Shown here: positions 37,505 through 46,838 of the stretch, in pieces | Position numbering within the stretch: the first letter of the stretch is position 1 | Layout: every line of letters begins with the position of its first letter | DNA from: an uncultured Methanosarcinales archaeon | GTDB lineage: Archaea > Nanobdellota > Nanobdellia > Woesearchaeales > JACJVV01 | NCBI GenBank assembly: GCA_964581515.1 | Contig: CAZOOV010000008.1 | Coordinates: forward strand, 24,570-88,569 | DNA length: 64,000 nucleotides | Reading direction: 5' to 3' | Notes under the pieces: model-generated | Told to the model about the DNA's origin: nothing | The model's input: the letters and a program-made list of their open reading frames with translations, nothing else | Databases searched by the model: none | Position numbers and translations under genes: made by a program

Positions 37505-39673
37505 AATACTATAGTTGAAGCTGAACCGCAAGTGAGAGATACTGTCATAATCAAGTATCATACTTGGATGCATTCTGATGATCTTGAGAAAGTAGTAGCT
37601 CAGACTGAAGCAAGGAAAGTGACTGATTTTGGCGATTTTGATCCTATTCTGAAGGAATTTAAGCCTGAAAACAAGGATATATTCCGTTATGATTCTACTG
37701 ATGGTGTTGATACTATATTATATGCTTGTGAATCTTTTGCGCATAAACCTAAAGATAAGCTTTTTGATTCTATATTTGTAGTGCATGGTGATGTAGGAAT
37801 TCAGGAACTAGCTGATGATGAATATGCTGAACTTGTACCTCCTAATGATGTTTTTGAAGCAATTGGAGGAAGCACTAAAGTTAGGATAAAGAAATGCACT
37901 CCCGAAGAGAAAGAAGAGATGCAGACAACTGAGATGAGAATGGTTGATTTTGCTTTCAAGACTGAAGTAGATCTTGCTGATGAGAATGGAGTTAAGGATC
38001 TTGTTGATAGGATTGAAGCACATGTTGATAGTCTTGTTCCGGATAATGATGAAAGAAGGTATGTAGATGTAAAGATAAGGAAAGCTACTGATGAATCAAG
38101 GATCAATCTTGAAAGAGCAAAAGGTAAAAGATCAAACTTTGAATTCAATGGAGAATATTATCCTGTTTCTTTAGGAAAGGGTTATGTAGAAGTATCACAG
38201 CATAAGTCTGATCATTATATTGGAGTAAAGTCAGGTAGTGCTCCTGATATGGGAAAAGGATTATTTCCTTTGTTAGATATTCCAAACTTAGTGACTTGGA
38301 ATGGTGCAGATGGATCTACAAATCCTGGTGCAAAAACAGAAAAGACTAAACAAAAAGAAAAATCAGAACCAGAACTTAAGTCAGAACCTAAGTCAGAACC
38401 AAAAGAAGAAGAAAGATTTGGCATACGTCCTATATTTGATGAGGTCTATTCTTTTGCAATGGCTGTTGAGGGAGTACTTCCTAGGAGAACTGTTAAAGAT
38501 GATGTGGAAATACTTGATGATTCTGGTTATATAGATTATGAACTTGGGTTGCTTGAGGATAAGATTTTAAGTCCAAAGGAATCTGAGCGTATGATAGGTG
38601 GTTATCTGTCTGAGGCAAAACGCTTTATGAATGATTTTGATGTTCCTGGAAAAAGAAAAGGAGAATTCTATGAAACTGTTGGACCACGTCTTAAGGGATT
38701 TGCTCAGGAGAGATGGAAGAACAGGAATAAAAGAAGAAGAGCAAGAAAACAAGGGAAAGGTGATCCATTATCTGTTATGATCGCTCAGATGACAAAAGGT
38801 ATGCATGCGACAAGGATTGGTCATGGTATATCACCTGTTGGAAGATCTAATCTTGGGAAGACATATCATCATGTGACATATAATCGGCCGCATATTCCTA
38901 CAAAAGAAGAAGCTTGGGATTTGGTTTCAAGAGAAAGACAATCAGAACATGCAAATGCTCCTAAAGAACCAAAGATGCATAAGGCAGATGCTAAACTTTG
39001 GAATCATTTAGAAAAATATGGATCAGATATATGGACTTATGTTTATCCGGAAAGCAAGCCTGGAAAAGGTGATATGAAAGTACTTGGTTTACATACTGCA
39101 GAAGGAGTTAAGCCGATGATGTGGGTATTTGATGAACACATTGGTGGTCATTCTATGGGATTTGGCATGATCAGTTCACCTGATGTACAAAGAGGCAATT
39201 CCAGTCATGTACGTTCTTTTAGAGCATATTATTTTATGGAAGATGGTAATTTCTTTACAGCTGAAGGATGCAGAGATATGGTTCATTATCTTTGTGGTGG
39301 TTCTTTTAGTCCAATACAAGAACTTGATCTTGAGGATCCAGTAGTTGCAGCAATGTCTGTACATCCAGATAGATCACTCAGATGTTTTGATTTTGGAAGC
39401 TATATGATGAAGCTTAATGAATATCAAGGTAATGGTCATGATAACATGATGAGAGATGAAGTATTCGGAAGTTACATGAATCCTGCACTTGTCGATGTTG
39501 TTGCAGAAGAAGTGACTGCAAAAAGAATTAAGAATTCTGCTCGGTGGAGTTTTGGTAGAGCTGATGATAAGCCTGTGAAAGCTCCTGAGTTCTCATTGAA
39601 ATCAGGTTTTGATAAACAGGAAATGCTTTTCAAGATGATGGAAATGTGCAAGCCTGATGTTTCTTATAGATAA
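37505..39673 (+). CDS. large hypothetical cytoplasmic protein
   Basis: ORF runs 37418..39673. First 29 codons are AT-rich and TATA-like, so start placed at MNTIVEAEPQ. No recognisable domain; KSEPK repeat linker mid-protein. Confidence 0.55.
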   Translation, partial: NTIVEAEPQVRDTVIIKYHTWMHSDDLEKVVAQTEARKVTDFGDFDPILKEFKPENKDIFRYDSTDGVDTILYACESFAHKPKDKLFDSIFVVHGDVGIQELADDEYAELVPPNDVFEAIGGSTKVRIKKCTPEEKEEMQTTEMRMVDFAFKTEVDLADENGVKDLVDRIEAHVDSLVPDNDERRYVDVKIRKATDESRINLERAKGKRSNFEFNGEYYPVSLGKGYVEVSQHKSDHYIGVKSGSAPDMGKGLFPLLDIPNLVTWNGADGSTNPGAKTEKTKQKEKSEPELKSEPKSEPKEEERFGIRPIFDEVYSFAMAVEGVLPRRTVKDDVEILDDSGYIDYELGLLEDKILSPKESERMIGGYLSEAKRFMNDFDVPGKRKGEFYETVGPRLKGFAQERWKNRNKRRRARKQGKGDPLSVMIAQMTKGMHATRIGHGISPVGRSNLGKTYHHVTYNRPHIPTKEEAWDLVSRERQSEHANAPKEPKMHKADAKLWNHLEKYGSDIWTYVYPESKPGKGDMKVLGLHTAEGVKPMMWVFDEHIGGHSMGFGMISSPDVQRGNSSHVRSFRAYYFMEDGNFFTAEGCRDMVHYLCGGSFSPIQELDLEDPVVAAMSVHPDRSLRCFDFGSYMMKLNEYQGNGHDNMMRDEVFGSYMNPALVDVVAEEVTAKRIKNSARWSFGRADDKPVKAPEFSLKSGFDKQEMLFKMMEMCKPDVSYR

Positions 39674-39718
39674 TCTATAAATTAGTTTTCTAAATCTTCA
39701 GAGGGAGGGCAATCTTTT

Positions 39719-40519
39719 TTATAATTGCTCTTTGATCCATTGCATCTCTTCAAGATCTCTGTCTGGTTGAATAGTTCTTTCTTGTTGTATAAACTTTTCT
39801 TTTTGCATAGTCCTTTTTGCAATATGTCTGACAATCTTCTTCGCTCTCTTACCAGTTTTTTTTGGAGAGAGTCCAAGATATAATATGGATACTGCTATGA
39901 TTACTATTGTTGCAAATAAAAATAATATCCAGCTGAATGCAACACCTTTTTGGAGCAAGCTTTCAAAGAATGTTCCGAATATTTTAGCGTAAAACATATT
40001 GACTACAAATACAGCGACAGCAGCTCCAGTTTCTATGAGAAGCAATTGCGGAATGCTGAACATTGGCCAGATGAATCCGAATATGAAAAAGCCAAGGCTA
40101 CGAAGTATTGTGTAAACTGCAACTAGTGCGAAAATATTTCCTCCAACTATTACATATAATAATGGTGCCATGACTGCAATTACTGATTGGATTATCGCGT
40201 CCTTGATTACTCCTTGCCACGGTGGATATATTCCTGCTGCTCTTGATGATAGGTTGCAGAACACTGTGAATATGACTGCTTCTATCACTCCTACATGTAT
40301 CGCTACAAATAATGTGAATATATCTATCAAGTCTGATTGATATAATATGAAGAATGGATGATAACATCCTACTCCTGGCATCCTGCTCCAGAAAGCTATC
40401 AATGCAAATAGGAAAATTGTCGCATAGACTGTACTGAAAGGAAGTGTGATTATTGTAAGCACATACAATATGATTGTAAAAAATATGATTATAGGCCAGT
40501 TTAAGCTTAGTATCTTCAT
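39719..40519 (-). CDS. polytopic membrane protein, paralog B
   Basis: 266 aa; clear homolog of 30034..30825 in inverted orientation. Confidence 0.6.
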   Translation of the reverse strand: MKILSLNWPIIIFFTIILYVLTIITLPFSTVYATIFLFALIAFWSRMPGVGCYHPFFILYQSDLIDIFTLFVAIHVGVIEAVIFTVFCNLSSRAAGIYPPWQGVIKDAIIQSVIAVMAPLLYVIVGGNIFALVAVYTILRSLGFFIFGFIWPMFSIPQLLLIETGAAVAVFVVNMFYAKIFGTFFESLLQKGVAFSWILFLFATIVIIAVSILYLGLSPKKTGKRAKKIVRHIAKRTMQKEKFIQQERTIQPDRDLEEMQWIKEQL

Positions 40520-40626
40520 CTTTGTTACCCCCTAATATTGGTAGCAGTTGTAACTATTTTAACTTTTATCCTCCTAATTGGGACTATAAACGAAAGGTTT
40601 ATATTGTATAGTGTGGTTATATTGGT

Positions 40627-41358
40627 ATGGATGTCAGTATTTTAGAGGATCTTGGACTTACTCAAGCAGAGATTAAGGTATACATAGCTCTTCTTGAACA
40701 AGGGTCATGCACTGCTGGAACAATACTTGAGAAATCTGGTGTTCAGAACTCTGTGGTTCATAGGGCTTTGAATACGCTTATTGAGAAAGGGCTTGTAAGC
40801 TTTATCCTTGAAGGTAAGAGAAGAGTGTATCAAGCGACTGATCCTGAGAATTTCCATGATTTCATAGATGACAAAAGAAAAAGATTCGATCAGATACTTC
40901 CTGAACTCAAACAAAAACAAGAGATTGCAAAAGTTGATTCTTTCGGTGAGATTTTCAAAGGGAAGAGAGGACTTAATCAGATGTATATGACATTGCTTAA
41001 TTCTGGCGGCAAGGAATATAATACTTTTGGTGGTGGTAAAAGAGTTTCGTATGATGCTATGGGTAAAACGTGGTGGAAGAATCTGCATGCAAGGATAAGA
41101 GATAAAAAAATAAAAGCTAGACAAGTGTTTGATGAGACAATCAGAATTTTTGGTAAACAATTAAGTGTAATCTCAAAAAGCAAAATAAAATATTTGCCAA
41201 AAGAATATGAACAATTGCAGGAAACAATCATCATCGGAGATTATGTTGGAATTGCAATATTTACTGAAAATCCTTATGGAGTGTTGATAAAAGATAAGGC
41301 TGTGGCAGAAGGATATCGTAAACAGTTTGAGATTTTGTGGAAGCAGGCGCGTTCTTGA
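40627..41358 (+). CDS. TrmB-family transcriptional regulator
   Basis: N-terminal wHTH LGLTQAEIKVYIALLEQGSCTAGTILEKSGVQNSVVHRALNTLIEKGLV typical of TrmB, plus a C-terminal effector domain. Confidence 0.75.
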   Translation: MDVSILEDLGLTQAEIKVYIALLEQGSCTAGTILEKSGVQNSVVHRALNTLIEKGLVSFILEGKRRVYQATDPENFHDFIDDKRKRFDQILPELKQKQEIAKVDSFGEIFKGKRGLNQMYMTLLNSGGKEYNTFGGGKRVSYDAMGKTWWKNLHARIRDKKIKARQVFDETIRIFGKQLSVISKSKIKYLPKEYEQLQETIIIGDYVGIAIFTENPYGVLIKDKAVAEGYRKQFEILWKQARS

Positions 41359-41492
41359 TTTGATATTTTGAAATTGGTGTAAGGCTATTTTATTTTTCTA
41401 TATCTATTTCATAATATCTAGATTCTATTTGAAGCAATTATATAAATGATTATTTTGAGTATAATCCTATTGATAATAATTAATAATATGGG

Positions 41493-41957
41493 GTGTTGTT
41501 CATGAATGTATCGGATGAGTTTTTTCTTGGAATTAAAAGAAGCATGTCACATGCTGAGTCTGTTGGTGTTAGTGGACCTAAGGTTGTTGATGTTAATGTA
41601 GATGATCTTGTAAGACAGCTTGAAGAAAAAGGAATTACTGTTGATCTTGAAGATAGTGTTGTGCATTATTCATACAAAAGATGTGAACTTGATTATGATG
41701 CTGAGGCACCTATGGATGGTGTTACACTTGATCCTACTAAAGTTACAATTAAAGGTTATACTCTTGCTGGTGATTTAAACATAGTATTGATGGATATTGA
41801 TAAAGTCTCTACTCCTCCTGCTTTAAGAGGCAGAAGAGGAGGTTCAGCATCATATAAACGCGGTATTGAGTGTAAATTGGATTACAAAGGAGAAGGAGAA
41901 GACGGAGCTCAAGTAATCAAGAATGCAAGAGAATTGCTGCAAGAATTATATAAATAA
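41493..41957 (+). CDS. hypothetical protein
   Basis: 154-aa ORF. Confidence 0.4.
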   Translation: MLFMNVSDEFFLGIKRSMSHAESVGVSGPKVVDVNVDDLVRQLEEKGITVDLEDSVVHYSYKRCELDYDAEAPMDGVTLDPTKVTIKGYTLAGDLNIVLMDIDKVSTPPALRGRRGGSASYKRGIECKLDYKGEGEDGAQVIKNARELLQELYK

Positions 41958-42038
41958 CTTTTAATTTATTTTTATTCTCTTTTTTTTTAGTTATTCTTTA
42001 TTTTATTTCTTTTTTTATTCTTTATTTGCTTAATTATC

Positions 42039-43028
42039 TTATCCTTGGCCTTCACTATTTTCTCCTGAACATTCTTGATTGTTTTCTTCTGAGTTGTTTC
42101 CTTCTGTTTTTTCTTCCCTGTCTCCTTCCTCTCTGTCTCCTCCTTCTGCTTTTTTCTCTTTTCCTTCTTCTTCTTTGCTCTTCTTTTCTATTGCTTTCTC
42201 AAGCTTTCCCATGTCATATTCTTCTATCTCACCAGTCTTTTTGTCGATTATGTACAATGTGTGATTTTTTGTGGTTATCCTTTTGCTGTTCCTCATAACT
42301 TTTCCACAATCACTTTCTGAACTGACAAGAATCCTATCGCAATCTTTTATTATTGTCATTGTATAATACTGCGCCTGTTCTCTTGATATTACTTTGCTTT
42401 CATCATAAGAACATAGGACATATACTTTATCAGTGTTCTTTGAGTAAAATATCAGATTCATTGATGAATAACTGCTGCATTCTTTGACGATTTCATCTAC
42501 AAACACTTTTTCCAGTCCTTTTGCTGTGATACATGATGGTTTTGATGATTTTGATGAGAAGTATGAATCAATTCTTCTCATTATGTAGTTTGAATCGCTC
42601 TCTTTTCCATCTCCTAATCCTCTTATTGTGCCATTGTGCATTCCTACTATGCTTTCAAGCTCTATCGGTTGGATATTTGATGGATCTTTATTTCCTTCAG
42701 TTACAAGACGTGCATGCATCATGCTGACATATGGGTCTTCAGGTACATCTCTTGTTGATTCTTCGTCAGATACTGAGAATACTGCTCTATCATATCTTTT
42801 TGTTGTGCTTTTTTCTTTTGAATGATAATAAGCACCGAATCCATCCCCATGTATCAGTCTTTGTTCTGGATCGTAGTGTGTGCTGTCTACAAAATGACCG
42901 TATCTGAATGGCACAGTATTGTTTCCCAGTGCCATATTTTTCATATGCTGAAGTTGAGAAGAGAGGTCCTGCCTTGACAGGCCTCCTTCTTTTGCTATCA
43001 GCATCGACATCCTGCACATCTTCAGCAC
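42039..43028 (-). CDS. class-II (Ntn) glutamine amidotransferase-like protein (YafJ/EgtC-like) with acidic Glu/Lys-rich C-terminal tail
   Basis: N-terminal MCRMSMLIAKEGG (Cys2 nucleophile context), GATase-2 like core; 7-nt overlap with upstream ligase gene. Confidence 0.55.
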   Translation of the reverse strand: MLKMCRMSMLIAKEGGLSRQDLSSQLQHMKNMALGNNTVPFRYGHFVDSTHYDPEQRLIHGDGFGAYYHSKEKSTTKRYDRAVFSVSDEESTRDVPEDPYVSMMHARLVTEGNKDPSNIQPIELESIVGMHNGTIRGLGDGKESDSNYIMRRIDSYFSSKSSKPSCITAKGLEKVFVDEIVKECSSYSSMNLIFYSKNTDKVYVLCSYDESKVISREQAQYYTMTIIKDCDRILVSSESDCGKVMRNSKRITTKNHTLYIIDKKTGEIEEYDMGKLEKAIEKKSKEEEGKEKKAEGGDREEGDREEKTEGNNSEENNQECSGENSEGQG

Positions 43029-44170
43029 CCCAAACTGGTTCTGAAAGTACTTATCATGCTTCTGTATGTTGCTTCAACACCTTTGCTTTTTGCCATATTT
43101 AGCATTGTGTCAGAATGCATGCCGTTAATTGTTTTCTCATGTAATGGTTGAAGATATTGCTGTTCAGATGGTTCAAGAAAATTTGATAGTCTTTCCATCA
43201 TCATCCTGTAAGTGAATCCTTTTGCAAGAGGCTCAGTCCTTGCCTTTGTAAAATTCTCATCTACATGATTAGGGAAAAGCCTTCCAGTGCAAAGCCTTTC
43301 TGTAACAACAGCTTTAGTGAGCGCTACTAAAGATAGATAATCATCTACTGTATGTTGTTTGTCAATCGATCTTATCTCAGCAGCTACTCCTCGGTGTGGC
43401 ATGGGTCTCATGTATTTATACATCATATTTGGGTGTTGAAACACAGGCAGTTCTTCAAGATGGGCTGCGTAGTCTTTTAAAGAATGCATCTCATCTGGCA
43501 CTCCAGTAAGATGCGGGAACTTGCCTATTGCAGCGTCGTATACATCCATCCTATTGCTGTTCTTGCCATTGATCTCTCCCATCTTGAAAGGAGATGATAC
43601 TGAGAGCGCCATCATTGTAGGAAGAAAATATCTTATTGCATTGAATATGTCAAATGCTTGTGTTTCATTTTCTGCACCTATATTTATCTGATCTGAAGCG
43701 ACAGCAACTGCATTTTTTCTGAAATCAGGCCCAAGTGTATCTATCAATAGTTCATATCTTGGTCCAGGAGTTATTGTGAACTCTTCTGTATCAAAAAGTG
43801 AGACTGGCAGTATACATGCACCTGCTTTATCTAAAACTGATATGACTTTTTTTGTTGTGTCTTTTAGAGAGTTTTCTAATTCTTTTATTGATGTTGATGG
43901 ATGAGCAAGTATCTCTATCTGTTCTGATGCAAGCTCTGGCTTTACAAACTCATTGAATTCAGGGAGCGATGATAATTCGTCTAAGCAATTCTTTGGTTTT
44001 AATGTTTCTTTATCAACTACAAAGAATTCCAGTTCTGGTCCAAACATCACTCCTGAATAATTTCCTTCTACTGTGTAAGTATCTTGCACAAGTCCATCGC
44101 ATTTTATTGTTATTCCATTATTTGTTGTATTGTTATCTACTGTACTATTATTTGTTTCATTGTTGTTCAT
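43022..44170 (-). CDS. glutamate-cysteine-ligase family 2 (GCS2/YbdK-like) carboxylate-amine ligase
   Basis: GVMFGPELEFFVVD... N-terminal motif and overall ~380-aa size typical of GCS2. Confidence 0.6.
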   Translation of the reverse strand: MNNNETNNSTVDNNTTNNGITIKCDGLVQDTYTVEGNYSGVMFGPELEFFVVDKETLKPKNCLDELSSLPEFNEFVKPELASEQIEILAHPSTSIKELENSLKDTTKKVISVLDKAGACILPVSLFDTEEFTITPGPRYELLIDTLGPDFRKNAVAVASDQINIGAENETQAFDIFNAIRYFLPTMMALSVSSPFKMGEINGKNSNRMDVYDAAIGKFPHLTGVPDEMHSLKDYAAHLEELPVFQHPNMMYKYMRPMPHRGVAAEIRSIDKQHTVDDYLSLVALTKAVVTERLCTGRLFPNHVDENFTKARTEPLAKGFTYRMMMERLSNFLEPSEQQYLQPLHEKTINGMHSDTMLNMAKSKGVEATYRSMISTFRTSLGC

Positions 44171-44430
44171 TTTTTATTCCTCCATTTATTCTTGTTAGTC
44201 TATTTTTCAAAAAAAGAAATCAAAATAAGATGAATATCATATCATGGTCTATGAGAAAAAGTACTTACTGCCAAAATGAAGAAATGCATCTAGTAGAATT
44301 GTTATTAGAATAATCTTTTTTTTCTTTTTGGTTTGAGTATTTCATTTTACTTTTGTTGTTCTTTAGTGCTATTTAATATTTGTGGCATAAATAGAAAGAT
44401 TTATTAATAAATGTATTATTTTATGTTATA

Positions 44431-45069
44431 ATGTCACAAATAGAACATAATTTTAGGCAATTTCTCAGTAAAAAACCTGAAATTGAAAAATGCTATATAG
44501 CAGGGTTAATTAATAGGAGATCGCTTGCAAGGCATCTTATTAATGAAGGTATTGCAAAAAAGAGTCAACTAGAAGCAGTCATAGCAATGTTAAGAAGGTT
44601 TGAATTTAATAAGGATAATAAAAATATAAAGGAAGCATTCTCAAACATAAGGGTGAATCTTAAAGATAATATTTTAATTATGGATTTTGATAAAGATAAA
44701 GAAATCTTGAAAAAGTTGCAAAGGACAGTCCCTCTTATTAATTATGATAATGGGGATACACTTAAGATTGTCTTAAGCACTTCTTCTATCAGATTATTTA
44801 TTGATGCAAAGAATGAGGCTAAGGTAAAAGAAGTTTTGGGTGATTTTAAACTTAAGAAAAAGTATAAGAACATTTCTGAAATCAGTATGATTTTTTCAGA
44901 TGATGCGATAAAGCAGAAAGGGATAATGTCGACAATAGCAAGAGAGTTTGCTTTGAATGATATTGTCATTACTGAATGTTTGACTGCTACTCCTGAGATG
45001 ATAATATATCTTGATGAGAAGTATGTGCTTAAGGCTTATGAGATAATTAAAGGGTTGCAGAAAGGATAG
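44431..45069 (+). CDS. hypothetical protein
   Basis: 212-aa ORF, possible small-molecule-binding alpha/beta fold; unassigned. Confidence 0.4.
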   Translation: MSQIEHNFRQFLSKKPEIEKCYIAGLINRRSLARHLINEGIAKKSQLEAVIAMLRRFEFNKDNKNIKEAFSNIRVNLKDNILIMDFDKDKEILKKLQRTVPLINYDNGDTLKIVLSTSSIRLFIDAKNEAKVKEVLGDFKLKKKYKNISEISMIFSDDAIKQKGIMSTIAREFALNDIVITECLTATPEMIIYLDEKYVLKAYEIIKGLQKG

Positions 45070-45119
45070 AATTAGAGAATTAGTTAATAATATAATAATA
45101 ATGATGGGTATAAAAAATA

Positions 45120-46187
45120 ATGAAACAAAATAAGAATTATTCATATAATTTATATCCTATTTGTGAAGGATGTAAGCAATGTGTGAAGGGTAGGAAGACT
45201 GTTATATATATTACTGGTCTTTGTCCGAGGAAATGCTATTATTGTCCTCTTTCTGATAATAAAAGGCTTAGAGATGTTATGTATGTGAATGAGAGGAAGA
45301 TAAAAGACATCAAAGAAATAGCTGAAGAAGTAAAGATATCAAAATCAACAGGTGCTGGCATTACTGGAGGAGACCCTCTTCTAAAGATGCAAAGGACATG
45401 TTCTGTCATCAAGCAGTTGAAGAAAAAATTCGGGAAAAAATTCCATATCCATCTTTATACCTCATTTGATTTAGTTGATAATAAAAAATTGAGGAGTTTA
45501 TATGATGCTGGGCTAGATGAAATCAGATTTCATCCTGATCTTGATGATGAAAAATATTGGGAAAGGATGAAACTTGCAAAAACACAAGGTTTTGATTGGA
45601 AAGTAGGAGTTGAGATTCCTTCTATCCCAGGTTATTATAATAAAACATGGAAATTAATTAAGTTTATCTCACCTTATATTGATTTTTTGAATATAAATGA
45701 ACTGGAGATATCTGATACAAACGGAAATTCACTTAATGAAGAAGGTTTTGTATGCAAGGATGAGTTTTCATACGCTATCAAAGGAAGTCATGATATGGCA
45801 CTTAAACTTTTATCTAAGGTTGAGAAAGAAATCCCTAAAATGAAAGTACATTATTGTACATCAAAACTCAAGGATAGGGTGCAGATGGGCAACCGGCTTA
45901 AGATAAGGGCAGAAAGTATAAAGAAACCTTATGATATTGTGAATGATGAAGGTATGATTGTTCGTGGGATTATAGAGGCTGACTTATGTGTTGTTAAAGA
46001 GCTAATTGAATTGTTCGGTATTCCTAGGAAATTGATTGCTTATGATAAGGAAAAGAAGCAGATAATGATTGCTTCATGGGTGCTTATGGATATATATAAA
46101 GAACTTCCTTACAAGTCGGCAATCATTACAGAATATCCTACTTGGGACAGGATGATTGTTGAACTTGAATACCTTAAAGAAGGTTGA
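45120..46187 (+). CDS. radical SAM domain protein
   Basis: CPRKCYYCP (Cx3Cx2C) at residues ~35-43, preceded by an extra CEGCKQC motif; 355 aa. Confidence 0.7.
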   Translation: MKQNKNYSYNLYPICEGCKQCVKGRKTVIYITGLCPRKCYYCPLSDNKRLRDVMYVNERKIKDIKEIAEEVKISKSTGAGITGGDPLLKMQRTCSVIKQLKKKFGKKFHIHLYTSFDLVDNKKLRSLYDAGLDEIRFHPDLDDEKYWERMKLAKTQGFDWKVGVEIPSIPGYYNKTWKLIKFISPYIDFLNINELEISDTNGNSLNEEGFVCKDEFSYAIKGSHDMALKLLSKVEKEIPKMKVHYCTSKLKDRVQMGNRLKIRAESIKKPYDIVNDEGMIVRGIIEADLCVVKELIELFGIPRKLIAYDKEKKQIMIASWVLMDIYKELPYKSAIITEYPTWDRMIVELEYLKEG

Positions 46188-46293
46188 TAATAATTAATAA
46201 TGATGATTAATGATTATGAGGATAATTAATAATATCATAGAATAATATTTGATAATAATATTTATAAACCAATTAGAGTAAGAATTTAACAAG

Positions 46294-46785
46294 ATGATGG
46301 AGAAAACAAAACTAATCATAACTTTTTGTACGTTATTATCATTATTGCTATTTTTAGTTAGTTGCAACAATGATGATTTTGTAAATCCTGATGATATTGG
46401 TCCGGGTCAGCAGATTTCTAATCCTGCTTCTGTCTATTGTATTGAGAATGATGGAAATCTAAGGATTGATGATTCTCCTGATGGGCAGATTGGTATCTGC
46501 GTATTTGCAGATGGTTCAGAGTGCGATGAATGGGAGTTTTTTAGAGGAGAATGCGGTGAAGTGAAGGATGATGAGCCTAAAGATGATCCTGGTTCTGGTT
46601 CGTGTAATTCAGATAGTGATTGTGTTCCAAATTCGTGTTGTCATGCTGATAGATGTACTGATCTTACTCTTGCTCCTGATTGTTCTGGTTTCAGATGCAC
46701 GCTAAATTGTGAGCCAGGCACTCTTGATTGCGGGCAAGGTTCATGCAGATGTATAGATAATAAATGCAGGGCAATCATTGGTTGA
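46294..46785 (+). CDS. secreted Cys-rich protein (DUF333-like N-domain plus C-terminal Cys-rich domain)
   Basis: Signal peptide; NPASVYCIENDGNLRID...GQIGICVFADGSECDEWEFFRGEC resembles DUF333; 12 further Cys in the last 60 aa. Confidence 0.5.
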   Translation: MMEKTKLIITFCTLLSLLLFLVSCNNDDFVNPDDIGPGQQISNPASVYCIENDGNLRIDDSPDGQIGICVFADGSECDEWEFFRGECGEVKDDEPKDDPGSGSCNSDSDCVPNSCCHADRCTDLTLAPDCSGFRCTLNCEPGTLDCGQGSCRCIDNKCRAIIG

Positions 46786-46838
46786 ATAAGAGATTAAAGA
46801 TGAAGTTAAGATAATAATGAAGTTAAGATAATACTAAA

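Noticed and set aside
42026-42298. 90-aa L/F/C-rich plus-strand ORF (and 42079..42264)
   Set aside because: Antisense of the Glu/Lys-rich tail of the amidotransferase gene.
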